DNA of 64,000 nucleotides from Savitreella phatthalungensis (lineage: Eukaryota), in the NCBI GenBank assembly GCA_051599415.1, contig AP039709.1, forward strand, positions 124,001 to 188,000. The letters are read 5' to 3'. The notes under the pieces are model-generated. The model worked only from the letters and a program-made list of their open reading frames with translations. It made no database searches and was not told the origin of the DNA. The translations under genes and the position numbers were made by a program. Shown here piece by piece: positions 43,006-56,605 of this stretch (positions are counted from its first letter, which is position 1; each line of letters begins with the position of its first letter).

Positions 43006-43890
43006 TCACTTGTGCTTGCGTGGTGAGCGCCTGATGGGTGCGGATGAGTCACTCTCTCCGTCGCTCTTGAGGAGGTGTTCTGTGGATGTGGGTGTAGCTG
43101 CCCTTGTTGCTCTGGCGCTGCGCCTGGTGGTGGTCGATGGAAGGTCTGATGCTGCGTCGTCGTCGGTAGCGGGTGAGGGTGCGATCGCGGCAGCCGGCGT
43201 GACCTTGCGAGGGGAGGAACGTGACTTAGGTGCGATGCGCTTCTTCTTGTCCTTGGCTGCGTAGATGGCTGCTGTGTACGGCTCCTCGAATCGCAGTGCC
43301 AGCACGTACATCACAAACACTTCTGCCGTCAGCGCAAATCCGAGCGGCTTGGCGTAGTAGAGCGCGGTACCGAGGAAGGCCAAGGTCGAACCCCAGTACA
43401 TCGGGTTGTCCGTGACGTTGAAAGGGTACGAAGTCACGCGGGCGTCCATCAGAATGCCAAAGTAGTCACCCAGATACGTGCCTGTGATGCCGAGCGCAAA
43501 CATTGACGGAAGGACGAGCGCGTTGCCGGCAAAGAATAAGAGCGCGCCTAATTCGCGGTGAATTGGGATTGTCTTTATCAGACCGGCAGACACAGGAGCG
43601 TATCGGAGGGCCTCGTGGAACAGGTGGTCGCGAACGAGACCGAGGGCGAAGATCGAGATGGCGAGCAAGTAGCAGCCGGCGTATGGGCCGACAGCTTTCG
43701 AGAGCGAGTGTGTGCGGTACTCGAGCTGAGCGACTGAGTTCCAGTAGATCGGATTGAATGCGATCATCAGTGCGGCCGCCGTAGAGTACTCCAGCCCAAA
43801 TACTGTCTGTGAACGTGACTTGATGACGAGCGACGAGAGATGATCGAGGTCGATGCCATAAGTGGCCAGAAGCCGTGTTACAGAGTCCAT
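43006..43890 (-). CDS. OPI3: Phosphatidyl-N-methylethanolamine N-methyltransferase (PEMT)
   Basis: FNPIYWN..A..EY, LGITGTYLGDYFGILM, YPFNVTDNPMYWGS, EEPYT. Confidence 0.95.
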   Translation of the reverse strand: MDSVTRLLATYGIDLDHLSSLVIKSRSQTVFGLEYSTAAALMIAFNPIYWNSVAQLEYRTHSLSKAVGPYAGCYLLAISIFALGLVRDHLFHEALRYAPVSAGLIKTIPIHRELGALLFFAGNALVLPSMFALGITGTYLGDYFGILMDARVTSYPFNVTDNPMYWGSTLAFLGTALYYAKPLGFALTAEVFVMYVLALRFEEPYTAAIYAAKDKKKRIAPKSRSSPRKVTPAAAIAPSPATDDDAASDLPSTTTRRSARATRAATPTSTEHLLKSDGESDSSAPIRRSPRKHK

Positions 43891-44281
43891 AGCTGACCGT
43901 GTTAGATGCTAGTCAGATGAACGACTGGCCTGATGGCTAGACTAGTAGTTGTAGAACTGACAAGTAGGCGGTACTACGTCGATGTCGTTGGCCTGTGAGT
44001 ATGTATGATTGTGTGCATCTGTTTTGTTTATGTTGTTGTTATTTGATCCACAGCTCGATTGCCCTAGCACAAATGACCGAGTACGGGAATTCACACACGT
44101 GATTGACATCCTCAGCAGCAGGAGCAGCAGCAGCAGAAGCCTGCCTACCTGACCACCTTCCTCGACAGTCCCAGGTTGCACAGTACACGTCCAGGTGGGT
44201 TGACAAAGCACAGCATCGTAAATTTTGTTCTTGTAGAGACAGCAGCAAGGCCAGACTCCCTAGCTCTGAAGAATCATATAG

Positions 44282-47220
44282 CTACTCATTTGATGACGAC
44301 TGTCTCATCATGACGATCTGATGCAGCTCATCCTGCTGTTTCTTCGGATTCACCACATCGATGCCTCGCTTTTTGTACCAGACAGTCAAGTCTTGGACGG
44401 CGGCCAGGGTATCTGCTTTGACGAGCTCGTCCGTAGCGAGGGTTGCGAGGTGGACTGCATAGGTGAGCCACCTGCCTGCGTGCGTGATGGATTGGAGTCC
44501 GTGGTTTGTGTAGTTGATGGCAATTTGGTGGCAGCGAAGCGCAAGGTGATGGAGCTCGTCCTGCGGGTACGTTGATCTAGAGTCGTAGATCAGCCTGATG
44601 AGGTCTCTCATGTAGTTGCCTGTGGCAGTGATCGCCTGGAGCATTCGAGTTGGGAGAGCGTTGGGTAGGTAGACCACATGCTCAAGCTCACGCTCGACCA
44701 CGCATCTAAACAAGACACGCTGCCAGCGCGCAATTTTGATGACGTCGGTCTTACCGTTTGACATTGCCGAGCCAACAAGGTGCTGGAGCAGGTCAGCCAG
44801 CTTGTTTGGGTCGTTCAGTCGGTCTGCGTGGAGCAGTAGAGCGTCTGCCATGGCCGTGTGGCACATTCGGGACAGCTTCCAAGACTCGGCAGTATCAATT
44901 AGGACATTCAAACGCTCCGGATGGTCTGTGTAGCATGCAGCTTCGAAAGCAGCCACAAGGATTAGACCCATCTGCTGTATGGCCTCAGCTCGCCATGTCT
45001 CGTCGCTGTCAAGGTCGCCCATGTCGCGAACGATCTGCTCGTATTGACTTGCTGTGCCAGCCGTGCTTTCGAAGAATCTCGCCGCTTCGATCTTACCGTC
45101 AGCATCCACATTTGCCGAAGCTGCGGCGTTGCGCGCCTGGAGAAGCTCACTCATGGTGAGCAAGTAGGTGGCACGTGCAAGCCGTCGGCTGGGCATCTTG
45201 CTTGGATCGGCGTATGAGTAGATGAGCTTGATACAGCTCTCGAGAAGTGCGGATATCGGAGCTTCATCCCAGATGGTAAAGTATTTGATGGCCAGGTTGA
45301 GTGACATGGCAGAGAAGACGTCACGCTCGTCGTCCGTGCATCCAGAGAGTCCTGCGTTCTCGGTCCGGGCGATCCGTGAGACAGCTGCAAAGCTCTGTGT
45401 GATAGCTCTGATGATCCAGAGCTCTGGCTGCGGTGAGGATGCACACACATGCGCTAATTTACGCACAATCAGTCGGTGCACTGCCATGAGATTGACGCGC
45501 GTAGGATCGGAGTCTGCGAGGATGAGAACGCCGCGAATCAAGCTGACGACGACTTCATGAGCATCGACTGATTCTGCTGCCTGAATACAGCTGGCAAGCA
45601 TCTCGAGGGAGCAGTCGTCGTTGGCGCGCTGCGCGAGGTTGGCCGCATACTCTTTCGCCTCATCGAATCGACGGGCAGTGAGCGCACAGCGTAGTGCGAG
45701 TAGATGAGTGATGGCATTTTCTTGCTGTGCCGGCACAGTCGAGAGGACGGCTAGACCTTCAGCTGGACGATTTGCCTCCAGTTGGCAAAGTGCGATCCGC
45801 CGAGCAAATTTTGCTTTGTTTGCATCGTCTCCAGACCGCAGGGCATCATGTAAGCCAGCTTGACACCACGCGATACATTTGTCGTGGTCTGACTTGTCCA
45901 AAAGTGACTCCGAAGCCTTCCACATGAGCTACTGGTCAGCTGGGCGATGGCACGATCAGGATCACTCACCACTTGACTCGCGTTGACAATGTCGGCTGAC
46001 AGGGGATGCGTCAAAGCGAGTTGATCAAAGATGCCGCGTAACTCGTCCACGTTTTCAATACCCGTGGCCATGCTGACGCGTCTAACAATCAATGCGTCCA
46101 GCTCGTGGTGTTCAATCTTGATCAGACGCTGTATCAGACGATCCATACAGGCACGACCCAGCGCGTGGTCGTTCTCGTTGAGTTGGAGACAGCGTGCGAT
46201 GATAGGCTCGAGAAGCGTCTCATCGGATTTGTCAAATAAGTCTATTGCCTGCATCAGTCTGTCGACCGGCTGCATGTCTTGCGAGAGCTCGATGTCCGCT
46301 CTGAGCAGCTCAAGCCAGGTTGTAGGTCGCCACCGCTGGCCTGCATCCTCCAATACAGTCTGTGCTTTGACAGATGCCTCCAAAGTACCTAGTGCCAGAC
46401 ACGCCTGCACCAGCCTCTGAAGAGCGGCTTGGCGAAGCTGCCCAAAATCCGCTTCGTCGAAGGTGTGATATGCCTTGTCGAGAAGGGCGATACGCTTTTC
46501 GGGTGCTAGATCATGATTTTCAGAGAGGCTTAGCATGGCACGAGCTATTTCCTGCCGGGTTTCCCGTGTCGCATTACCTGCAAAGATGGCGACATACTGA
46601 TCGAATGTGTACTCTGCCAGCTCATGCTTGCCTCGGCTCATTTCGAGTCTGACGCGAGTGAGTGCCCATCTGAGGACATCTGGATCTGCCGGGTCTGAGA
46701 GATGGAGTCTTTGGTGGTGCTCGGCACTTGCTTCCACGAGTCTGGAGGCGACCTGGGATTGACCAAGATCCAGAGCAACCTCGCATGCTTGTGCGTTCGC
46801 ATTCACAATCTTTCTCAGATCTTCTGTGTTTGGTCCAGACGATTGGACCGATGCCTCGAGCAGTAGGCATGCTACAAGGAGCGCCATAGCAATGGTCGAT
46901 TCGGCTTCGCTTGGAACCAGACGCCGAAGTCTCAACGCGGTATTGTAGAGATGCACGGCGTGCTGATTCAGCGCAGGCTCGCAGAAGTATCGACCAATGT
47001 TCCGGACAAGGCCGATGTGCCTGGAAGCTGTGTCATATAGATCGGAGAGCGCTTGGTCAACTGCAGAAGGTGTATGATACTCGTTTTCTAGCAGGCGGGA
47101 AGCTTCACGAGCTTGACGTTCAAGCATCTCAGCACGACTTTTGACTGAAGGTGGTTGTCCAGTATCCAGAGTCATTGGCTTGTCTAGCATCCCAATCGGA
47201 CGGTCTTCGGAGGTCGACAT
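44282..47220 (-). CDS. SPO22: Meiotic TPR-like ZMM protein Spo22/Zip4 (TEX11), 2 coding exons: 47220-45970, 45928-44282
   Basis: A 41-nt intron (GTGAGT..GCTGAC..TAG) joins two long ORFs into a 965-aa all-helical protein. LMWK..AWC..LH..NKAKFARRIALC, IARW.R.LF and YPQDEL blocks resemble fungal Spo22. Confidence 0.7.
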
Positions 47221-47508
47221 AACCTGTAAATCAGCGTGGATAGTCAAGTTGAGATCTGCAGAAGCCGTTGTCTATAGACTTTGTTGATTAGTGTGAGTGA
47301 TGATGACGATGGGATGATAGTGGCCTTTAGGACTAGGCGGAGAAGGTCACGCTGCACGTGCAGTGTGGCTCTGGCTCATCACATGCAATCCGGTGACACA
47401 TGCTCATCACTCACGCTCGTACTCGTACTCATACTCATGTTCTTACTCTCACACCCAGTTACACGCAGTCACTCTGTGCATGCATACTCATTCAAGATCT
47501 TCTCAGGT

Positions 47509-48414
47509 CTACTCTAAGTCATATGGTGTACTCGTACTGGCCTGTGTGGAGTCCGCTGCGTCCATGATCTGATACGGTCAGTACCTTGTATCTTTCTTCT
47601 GAACGTTCAGATCGTCCTGACTTGTCGTTGTCAAAGCTCACCTCTTCCCAATGCTTGAGTTTGATGCCCTCGAGCTGAGCGATGCTGTTGGCCATGAAGG
47701 CTGCCTGGAGAAGTTCGTCCCTCGAGGCGCCGTGGCGCTTGCTCGAGTCGATGTGCCCTTTTGCCTGCTTTGGCGTGTCGACGGCCGTATTGCAGAGAAA
47801 CATGAGCACGCACGCGTCCTTGAGTGACAACGCACTCGTGTCTGCGTAGATCCCACCGTAAACCAGTGGGACAGAGTAGTATCCTGGCAGGAGGTCAGCA
47901 ATCTGGGGAGCGATGCGTCCGAGTAAAGTTACCTAGTCGTGGCGATAGCGTCCACAGAGCCTGCTCAATCCCAGCAGCTTTCTCCTGCCCATAGACGTCC
48001 AACAGGAACTGGCTTCCACGGGCTTGCAAATCTCCCACGGATTCCTGAAGTCGTGTGTCGTCTACGCTTGACTCGCGGAGTTCCTGCGGCATCGCTTTAT
48101 GTAGTTCTTGCAGCGCCTGCGTCCGTCAGCTTGGTAGCCTTGATTGCGAGCTGAATTCAGTGATCGGGAAGGCTTACATTGATCGCCTTGCTCATCCCGC
48201 CAAAGATGCCAGCACGTAGGATAGCTTCACGGAATTGCCGCGCTATCCGCAGATCAGCTTCGACGCTCTGATGACCTCTGAGTCCGGCTGCATGCTTCCG
48301 TGCAAACTCAAAGACGGCAGGGATAGCATCAGGCCGGTTGTAAATGCAGAAACAGCTGGCTGCGAGGTAGTGATATGTATCTGGCAATGCAGCTGCGTAC
48401 TTCTTCAGCGACAT
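47509..48414 (-). CDS. AhpD/carboxymuconolactone-decarboxylase-like protein, 4 exons: 48414-48178, 48116-47933, 47883-47642, 47568-47509
   Basis: Three GT-AG introns with CTGAC branch points give a 240-aa ORF: REAILR..FGGMSKAINAL, VYGGIY, QAKGHI..SKRHGAS. Confidence 0.75.
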
Positions 48415-48510
48415 ATCAAGAGAGCAAGCCACAGGATTCTCCGCTTTCTACTTCATCGCTTGGTCATCTGAGAGAGAGATAGGACAAGAGCTAGAGTACG
48501 CTTACCGTGA

Positions 48511-50217
<1,707 letters not shown>

Positions 50218-51285
50218 GACTTCAGACCAAGAGTTTCACGGTGACTCCCTTGGACTGTGTGTATCTAGTAGATCTTTTGAATGGGCAGATCATTGACCCC
50301 GTAGAACAAATGTCGATGAGTAAAGCGAGGTGAGATGATGATGAAGAGGTGGAAGTAGGTTCGTGCATCGAAAGTGTTGAAAATTGACGACGTGATGACA
50401 CGTGTCCTCTACAAAGTTGAGATGATCGGATATATATAGATATCTCCATATAGTGATTGATGAGTATGAATTATAGAATCAGCTATACTTTTTGGTGACT
50501 GCACTAGCTGCTGGAGATTGACCTATTATATTCTGTATGTGATGAGTTCTGGCCCAATGTAGATTAGAAAAGATACCAGCCATCGGGATGACCTCCTGTA
50601 GATTATGACTTGTACATCATCGTTTGACGTAGATTGATGATAGACTTGGAAGTATCTGACTCAGGTCAGAAACAAACTTAGCCGAAGCGCATGGCAAAAG
50701 ATGAAAATTTTTTCTCAGCCAATTGAAATTCGTTTGACCCGGGTCAGATCCAATTGAGCGCTAGAGACTGTAGAAATTCATCGCAACCCCTGAACACCAC
50801 CTTCGGAGGTACTTAAAGGATCGAGTCTGCCCGCATGGTGCATCTGACGGAAATAAACATCAGAAAGTTTCAAGCGGAGCAGGATCACACAGATCACTGA
50901 AGAGGAGTGAGTTCGATTGTGGCTGGGAATTTTATCAATCCAGCATTCGCCACAAATCATCACACACATATACCAAGAATCGCCGGGAGCACAGTGCACG
51001 TGCTTTGAACCGGGCAATTCTTGTGACACCTCTCTCTTTCTCTCTCCTCTCCCCGCCTTTCCGGAGCTCTTCTTCCGCATCTCCCACTCTCTCGCAATAC
51101 ACATATACACAGGGTCTACTTAGCTGAAGACTTTTGCCCTTTCAACAATCATTCCGAATCTGCATCTCATCTCATCCTCATCCCCATCTTCAACTGAGTG
51201 ATTCTTTATTCGGAGGTACATATTCAAACTCCTATCAACGACTGCATTTCCCATCTCATCATCGAAAACTCTATCTAACATCAGC

Positions 51286-53823
51286 ATGTCCGACACTCTA
51301 GACGCCTCTGCACCAGCAGCATCACCCTTACCCACAGCTGCCGCCGCGCCAGTGCAGCCTGACTCTACATCCTCTGCAACTTCTGCTCCACAGGAACCTT
51401 CTCCGGCGGTCAATTCGAACGACACGGCCTCACACGATGTCAATACGGCCACAGTCAACTCTGCATCCGTATCGGGCAATGTTCCTGTCGAGCAGATATC
51501 AGACGTCCCAGCTGCAGATATTCCGCAGCCAGGCGCCTCGCTTGGTCAGGAGATTCCAGCGGCACCAGCAGCATCAGAGGATCCCGCAGTAGCGCTAAAT
51601 CATACAGCTACCGTTGACGCGCCACTTTCTGATGTTCGTGAGGAGTCCGAGCCAGAAGCCAAGCCGACAGCAGGAACAGATGCAGAAGCTAAGCCAGAAG
51701 CGGCGGTGGTTCCATCGGAGCAGCCAATCGAGACGGGCTCTCCTGAGTCAAGACCGGTGGAGACTACTACCACAGCTGCACCATCGGATTCAGCACCAGT
51801 TTCCGCGCCAGCTCTAGCAGAGACGATGACAGCAACAGAGGAATCCACGGAGGCCACCGCGAGCTCTGCCCCGGTGGAAACTGTCACCGAGAATCAGCCC
51901 GACGTGGCAATGGAGGATGTCGCAGCGACATCAGCGATCACTGACTCGCCAGCTCCGCCTGCCGATGCACCATCTACGACAAAACACGAGCTGAACGATG
52001 GCGCTGAGCCGTCCGCAAAACGCGCTCGTGTTGAATCACCTTCCGTCTCGTTCGACCCTGCCACCGTGGACCCTTCACGCCGTATGGCTTTCAACCGTCA
52101 AAAATATAGCCAGGCAGTACTGCGGCAATTGAAAAAGAGCAAGGACGCCGGCCCCTTCAACCAACCTGTCGATCCGGTCAAGCTCAACATTCCACAGTAC
52201 CCGACCATCATCACAAAGCCGATGGATCTCGGCACGATCGACAGGAAGCTCTCAAAGGGTGAATACGCGACGATCGACGGCTTCATTGAAGATGTCGAGC
52301 TCGTATGGACGAATTGCGTCAAGTTCAACGGACCTGATTCCGTAATTTCTCAGATGGCAATGCGGGTGAAGGAGCAATTTGAGCGACAGATGCGATCACT
52401 GCCAGAGCCCGAGGACAAGCCGGTGAGTGCGACGAGCAAAGGCGGGCGTGTCTCTGCAGTCGGCACTCCCCAGGGCACGCCTCAGTCTCGCCCGCGCAAG
52501 AACAGCAGTCCGGCAACGCAGAACGGAGTGCCGATCATAAGGCGGGAGTCCGTCGGGGTTGACGGCCGTCCGAAGCGCGAGATTCACGCACCACCGCCAA
52601 AATCATTACCGTATTCAAATCAGCCGGCTCGAAGTAAGAAGAACGCGATGCAACTCAAATTCTGTGAATCCGTCATCCGCGAATTGTTCAAGAAGCAGCA
52701 TGAGAGTTTCGCATTCCCTTTCTACCAGCCCGTCGATCACGTCGCTCTCGGCATCCCAGAGTATCCGAAAATTGTCACTGAGCCAATGGATCTCGGTACG
52801 GTTCAAACGAAGCTCAAGGCTGCCGAGTACGGGACGGCGGATGAGTTTGAGCATGATGTCAGACAGGTCTTCCGCAACTGCTACAAGTTCAACCCTGCGG
52901 GATCGCCGGTCAATGTGATGGGCAAGCGACTCGAGTCTGTATTCAACGAAAAGTGGGCTGAGAAGCCAGTGCCAGTGGCTCGAACATCGACCTCGCAGTA
53001 CTCGGACTCCGATGGAGAGAGTGACGAGGACGACAAGAACGAGACTGTCCAGATGTTGCACAAGCAGCTGGAAGCGATGAAGAACCAAATTGCCGACCTC
53101 TCACAGAAGAAATCGTCCAAGGGCAAGAAGAAGGGATCTGGCAGTGGTCATTCCCGCCGGCATTCACAGATCGATGACGATGATGACTTCCACCGACGTG
53201 GCGGCAGTGCGAAGAAGCGCAAACACGGTGGCAGTAGTGCCAACGCTGGTGCATCTGCGCCTGCTGCTGACGAAGTGGACGAGTCTCCCATGCTGCCTAC
53301 ATTTGAGCAGAAGACCGCACTATCGACACGGATGGGATACATGACAGAGCACCAGATGCCTGTGGTGATCAGTATCTTGAAGCGCACAGACCCGAACTTT
53401 GACCCTGAAGACGAAGAGGTCGAATTGGATGTGGACAAGATCCACCCAAAAACGATCCGATTGTTGTGGAACTGGATCATGGAAGGTATCGAGCCATCGT
53501 TCCTAAGAGCTGCTCACTCGAAAAAGGGACAGAAGCATAAGAAGAACAGGGCAATCCTGACAGAGGATGAGCAACAACGTCAGATTGCAGAGTTGGAGAA
53601 GGAGCTACACAGAATGAAGAACGGAGGCGGAGGTGTCACGAGCGGTCTCGTCGGCACTGCAGGACCATCCGACCTCGCAGGTGCCAACCAACGTAACGAT
53701 CGGTACGGCGGTGGTGGTGGTAATAATGGTCACCGTCGTGGCGGCTCTGCTGACGACGATGAAGATGACGATGAAGATGATGACGATGCCGGCGATTCAG
53801 ATTCCTCTGAAGACGACGACTGA
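51286..53823 (+). CDS. BDF1: BET-family double bromodomain protein with ET domain
   Basis: Two bromodomains (PFNQPVDP..PMDLGT..NCVKFN; PFYQPVD..PMDLGT..NCYKFN), RPKREIHAP, ET-like EVELDVD, acidic tail. Confidence 0.93.
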   Translation: MSDTLDASAPAASPLPTAAAAPVQPDSTSSATSAPQEPSPAVNSNDTASHDVNTATVNSASVSGNVPVEQISDVPAADIPQPGASLGQEIPAAPAASEDPAVALNHTATVDAPLSDVREESEPEAKPTAGTDAEAKPEAAVVPSEQPIETGSPESRPVETTTTAAPSDSAPVSAPALAETMTATEESTEATASSAPVETVTENQPDVAMEDVAATSAITDSPAPPADAPSTTKHELNDGAEPSAKRARVESPSVSFDPATVDPSRRMAFNRQKYSQAVLRQLKKSKDAGPFNQPVDPVKLNIPQYPTIITKPMDLGTIDRKLSKGEYATIDGFIEDVELVWTNCVKFNGPDSVISQMAMRVKEQFERQMRSLPEPEDKPVSATSKGGRVSAVGTPQGTPQSRPRKNSSPATQNGVPIIRRESVGVDGRPKREIHAPPPKSLPYSNQPARSKKNAMQLKFCESVIRELFKKQHESFAFPFYQPVDHVALGIPEYPKIVTEPMDLGTVQTKLKAAEYGTADEFEHDVRQVFRNCYKFNPAGSPVNVMGKRLESVFNEKWAEKPVPVARTSTSQYSDSDGESDEDDKNETVQMLHKQLEAMKNQIADLSQKKSSKGKKKGSGSGHSRRHSQIDDDDDFHRRGGSAKKRKHGGSSANAGASAPAADEVDESPMLPTFEQKTALSTRMGYMTEHQMPVVISILKRTDPNFDPEDEEVELDVDKIHPKTIRLLWNWIMEGIEPSFLRAAHSKKGQKHKKNRAILTEDEQQRQIAELEKELHRMKNGGGGVTSGLVGTAGPSDLAGANQRNDRYGGGGGNNGHRRGGSADDDEDDDEDDDDAGDSDSSEDDD

Positions 53824-54251
53824 GCCAAACATACTCTCAAATCTCTCCCGTTCCCGTACTTTTTGTCTATGTTTCCAATCCATCAGACTGTCTGTTCTTA
53901 GCTCATCTCATAGCGTCTCATTTCCCCTTGCCTGATCATGGCTCTCCCTGGATATCCCCCTTTTGTGCTCATAGGTGAATGAATGAGTGATTGAGTGAAG
54001 GTTAGTGAGTGAGTGAGTGCCTTGGCATCGGTGTTAATGTCTTCGATTGACGCAAGTGGCTCATTTCAAGAAATTCCAAAACACACCAATCAGCACGGGA
54101 TTTTTGTACGACCATCCGAATCTGGATCAACCCCACAACCCCATTCACCCATGCCAAGGTCTTCACATGCAGATCGTATATAACCCCCTACACGACCCCT
54201 GTGGTATGTGGGGGTTAAGTGTTAACACAAGAACACTGTTCCATCTTTCTC

Positions 54252-54848
54252 ATGTCGTCTCGAGACCATTCTCCTGGTCCATTCCTAACGATCCACCGGC
54301 GCCTCTCGACCACTTCCTCCCCGCCATCCGAGGTCATCCTCCCACGTCGACCACGCCACGTCCGGGGTGGCTCGATTACCGAGCGTGAGACGTCGCCATC
54401 GCCATCGTCAGTGCACGTGCCGCTGCAGGCATGTGATCACACAATCCTCGTACCACTCCTACACCGACACGACGAGATGCGCATGCTCCTAAGACACAAT
54501 AGCCAACTGTTCGACCGCGTGCGCGCGCGCGTCGGTACGGACCTCTGGGACAAGTGTGTGGGCTTGTGGGTGTGGACGACGAGGGAGGCGATGGATGATA
54601 GGACGTGGCTTGCAGAGACAAAGAGGTTGCTACCGCAGGATGTGTGGGTCGGCTGGGCTGAGTGTGTAGGGTGCGATCCGAGGATTGCGCTCGCGCCGGA
54701 GCCCGGGTACAGGGTGGAGGAAGGGAAGGAGATCGGGGTCGAGGATGTGCCGAGAGGGAGGGAGGTGGAAGGTGAGGAGGAAAAGGCGAAAGGGTTCGGA
54801 CACCGTCGAAGGGAGAGTCTGCTCGACACGACGATCGAGGAGGAATGA
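54252..54848 (+). CDS. Hypothetical protein with a small Trp-rich helical domain
   Basis: ATG 54252; core VPLLHRHDEMR.LL..N..LF..W..DDRTWL. No named family. Confidence 0.65.
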   Translation: MSSRDHSPGPFLTIHRRLSTTSSPPSEVILPRRPRHVRGGSITERETSPSPSSVHVPLQACDHTILVPLLHRHDEMRMLLRHNSQLFDRVRARVGTDLWDKCVGLWVWTTREAMDDRTWLAETKRLLPQDVWVGWAECVGCDPRIALAPEPGYRVEEGKEIGVEDVPRGREVEGEEEKAKGFGHRRRESLLDTTIEEE

Positions 54849-55039
54849 AGTGATTAGGCCACAGCAGCCACACGTATGACGATTAAGATGACAGACCCAC
54901 ACATAGCAGGGATGGCTGGAATGCAATGAGATAGGAGACAAGGTGGCAGTGAAGCAAAAGTTGGATTCATGATGACGTGAAAAGAAAACTAGCTAGAGTG
55001 TAGACAGTGAAGGGGTTTTCCGGCGCAAATTGTTAAATT

Positions 55040-55990
55040 TTACTGCTTGAGGATTGATGACAGTTCGACTGCCTTGCGCATCTCAGGTCGTTTGTCGAGC
55101 GCTTTGAGTGCTTCTGAATGGGTGAGCCAGTGACGTGTACGCTTGCATGATTCAGGCCAAACCGTCGAGGGTGGTGCTGAGGGGAAGCAGGCGAAGAAGT
55201 GGTACTCCGCTCGCGAAGGGACGGTGCCCTTGGCCAGGTGAAGACCTTTGTAAGTGAAAGAGCCGTCCGCATGGACGGAAGCTCCGATGGCTGGGGAATA
55301 GTCCTTGGGTGGTCTTGCATCTGCGATGTGGAGAAGCAGATCCGGATCCCTGGATGGGTCGCCGGCAGGTACGGTCGAGAGGCAGGAGGAGGAGGAGGAG
55401 GAGGTGGTGGTGGAGGAGGTGGCAGACGACGTCCGGGACAAGGTCTCTGAACGGACAACGTCTGTGGCAACGACACCGGCCTCTTCCCAGAGCTCTCTCA
55501 AAGCCGCCGCAGCACACGACTCATGGGTCTCCCATCCGCCCTTTGGCAAAACCAGTTTGTCGGCATGGCGTGATGACGAGATGGTGAGAACGTACTTGCC
55601 GGGTGGCTCACCAGGGTGGGTCAGCTCATTCGATAGGCATACGACGCCAGCAACGAGCCGTGCGCCAGTCTCAGGGTTGAATCGATCACGAGCCGTGTCA
55701 CGGTGACCGGGAGGTGGCTTCTCCAACAGTGGCAGGGCTGGTGGAGCAAGTGCGACCGGCGGAAGCGTCGATGGGGACTGCGGACTCACACTGATCCCAC
55801 ACGACTGCGATGGCGAATGTGCGTGTGAGGGTGAGTGCGAGGGTGAGGTCTGATGCCTGATGACCATAGAGTGGTCTGCCGGTGTGGTTGCGCTGTGAGC
55901 CTCGAGAGAGGATGAATAGGTCGTGACGGATGATGAAAGGATGTTGGCGTCTTGATCGACCGGGGAGTCACTTGTGGATGATAAAGGCAT
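55040..55990 (-). CDS. DDP1: Nudix hydrolase, diphosphoinositol-polyphosphate phosphohydrolase (Ddp1/Aps1-like)
   Basis: GARLVAGVVCL; Nudix box LPKGGWETHESCAAAALRELWEEAGV; WPE..R.R.W. Confidence 0.88.
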   Translation of the reverse strand: MPLSSTSDSPVDQDANILSSSVTTYSSSLEAHSATTPADHSMVIRHQTSPSHSPSHAHSPSQSCGISVSPQSPSTLPPVALAPPALPLLEKPPPGHRDTARDRFNPETGARLVAGVVCLSNELTHPGEPPGKYVLTISSSRHADKLVLPKGGWETHESCAAAALRELWEEAGVVATDVVRSETLSRTSSATSSTTTSSSSSSCLSTVPAGDPSRDPDLLLHIADARPPKDYSPAIGASVHADGSFTYKGLHLAKGTVPSRAEYHFFACFPSAPPSTVWPESCKRTRHWLTHSEALKALDKRPEMRKAVELSSILKQ

Positions 55991-56534
55991 GACGAAGGGA
56001 GGAAGCGGCTGTCTGTGGAATAGAGGGTAGCGTGAACGAGCGAAAAGATTACTGATGATGCGGCGAAGGATGAACGAGATGAGAGAACGAGATGAGATGA
56101 GATGAGATGCTGAGGCGCTTGTAAAATGGAATTACGGGTTATTGACTGGTCATGATGGGCGGTCGTGTGAGTTGTTTAGAGAGCGGGTGAACTGTCGGTG
56201 TGCCCGTCGAGAGAGACAGACAGATCTACGAGCGCTGCAGCAGGGAGATGTCCTTTGATGATGTTGTTTGATCCGGAGAGGTTTTCTGGGCAGGCTGGAA
56301 CACAAAAGGCCTTGCGCGGGCGCAACAAGACGGGTCTTGTGCAAACGGCTGGGCGTGAAGCCTGATCGCGAGAGGACAGCAACTTTGAAGAATTGACGTT
56401 TTACAGGGACGAAGGCTGTTGCTGTCCTCCGAGGAGATGCTTGGGGGAATGCTCTCTGCAAGGGAGGTCGAAGAGGGAGTGTGTGTGTGAGTGCAACTTG
56501 CTGTTGTGAGAGGGATCCAGGCGGATAGCGAGCG

Positions 56535-56605
56535 TGTGTGAGTGAGTGAGTGAGTGAGTGTGAGTGTGTATGTGTGTGAGTGAGTGAGTGAGTGAGTGAG
56601 TGAGT
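56535..56605. repeat. Compound (GTGA)n/(GT)n microsatellite
   Basis: Directly visible tandem units. Confidence 0.85.

Noticed and set aside
21657..43890. DPL1 and OPI3 as a phospholipid gene cluster
   Set aside because: About 20 kb apart with unrelated genes between them.
45751..45969. Apparent overlap of two separate minus-strand genes (44282-45925 and 45751-47247)
   Set aside because: Explained by a single 41-nt intron in one gene.
50538..50660. Possible box C/D snoRNA (GTGATGA...CTGA)
   Set aside because: No terminal stem and no rRNA-complementary guide that I could identify. An Infernal or snoscan search would be needed.
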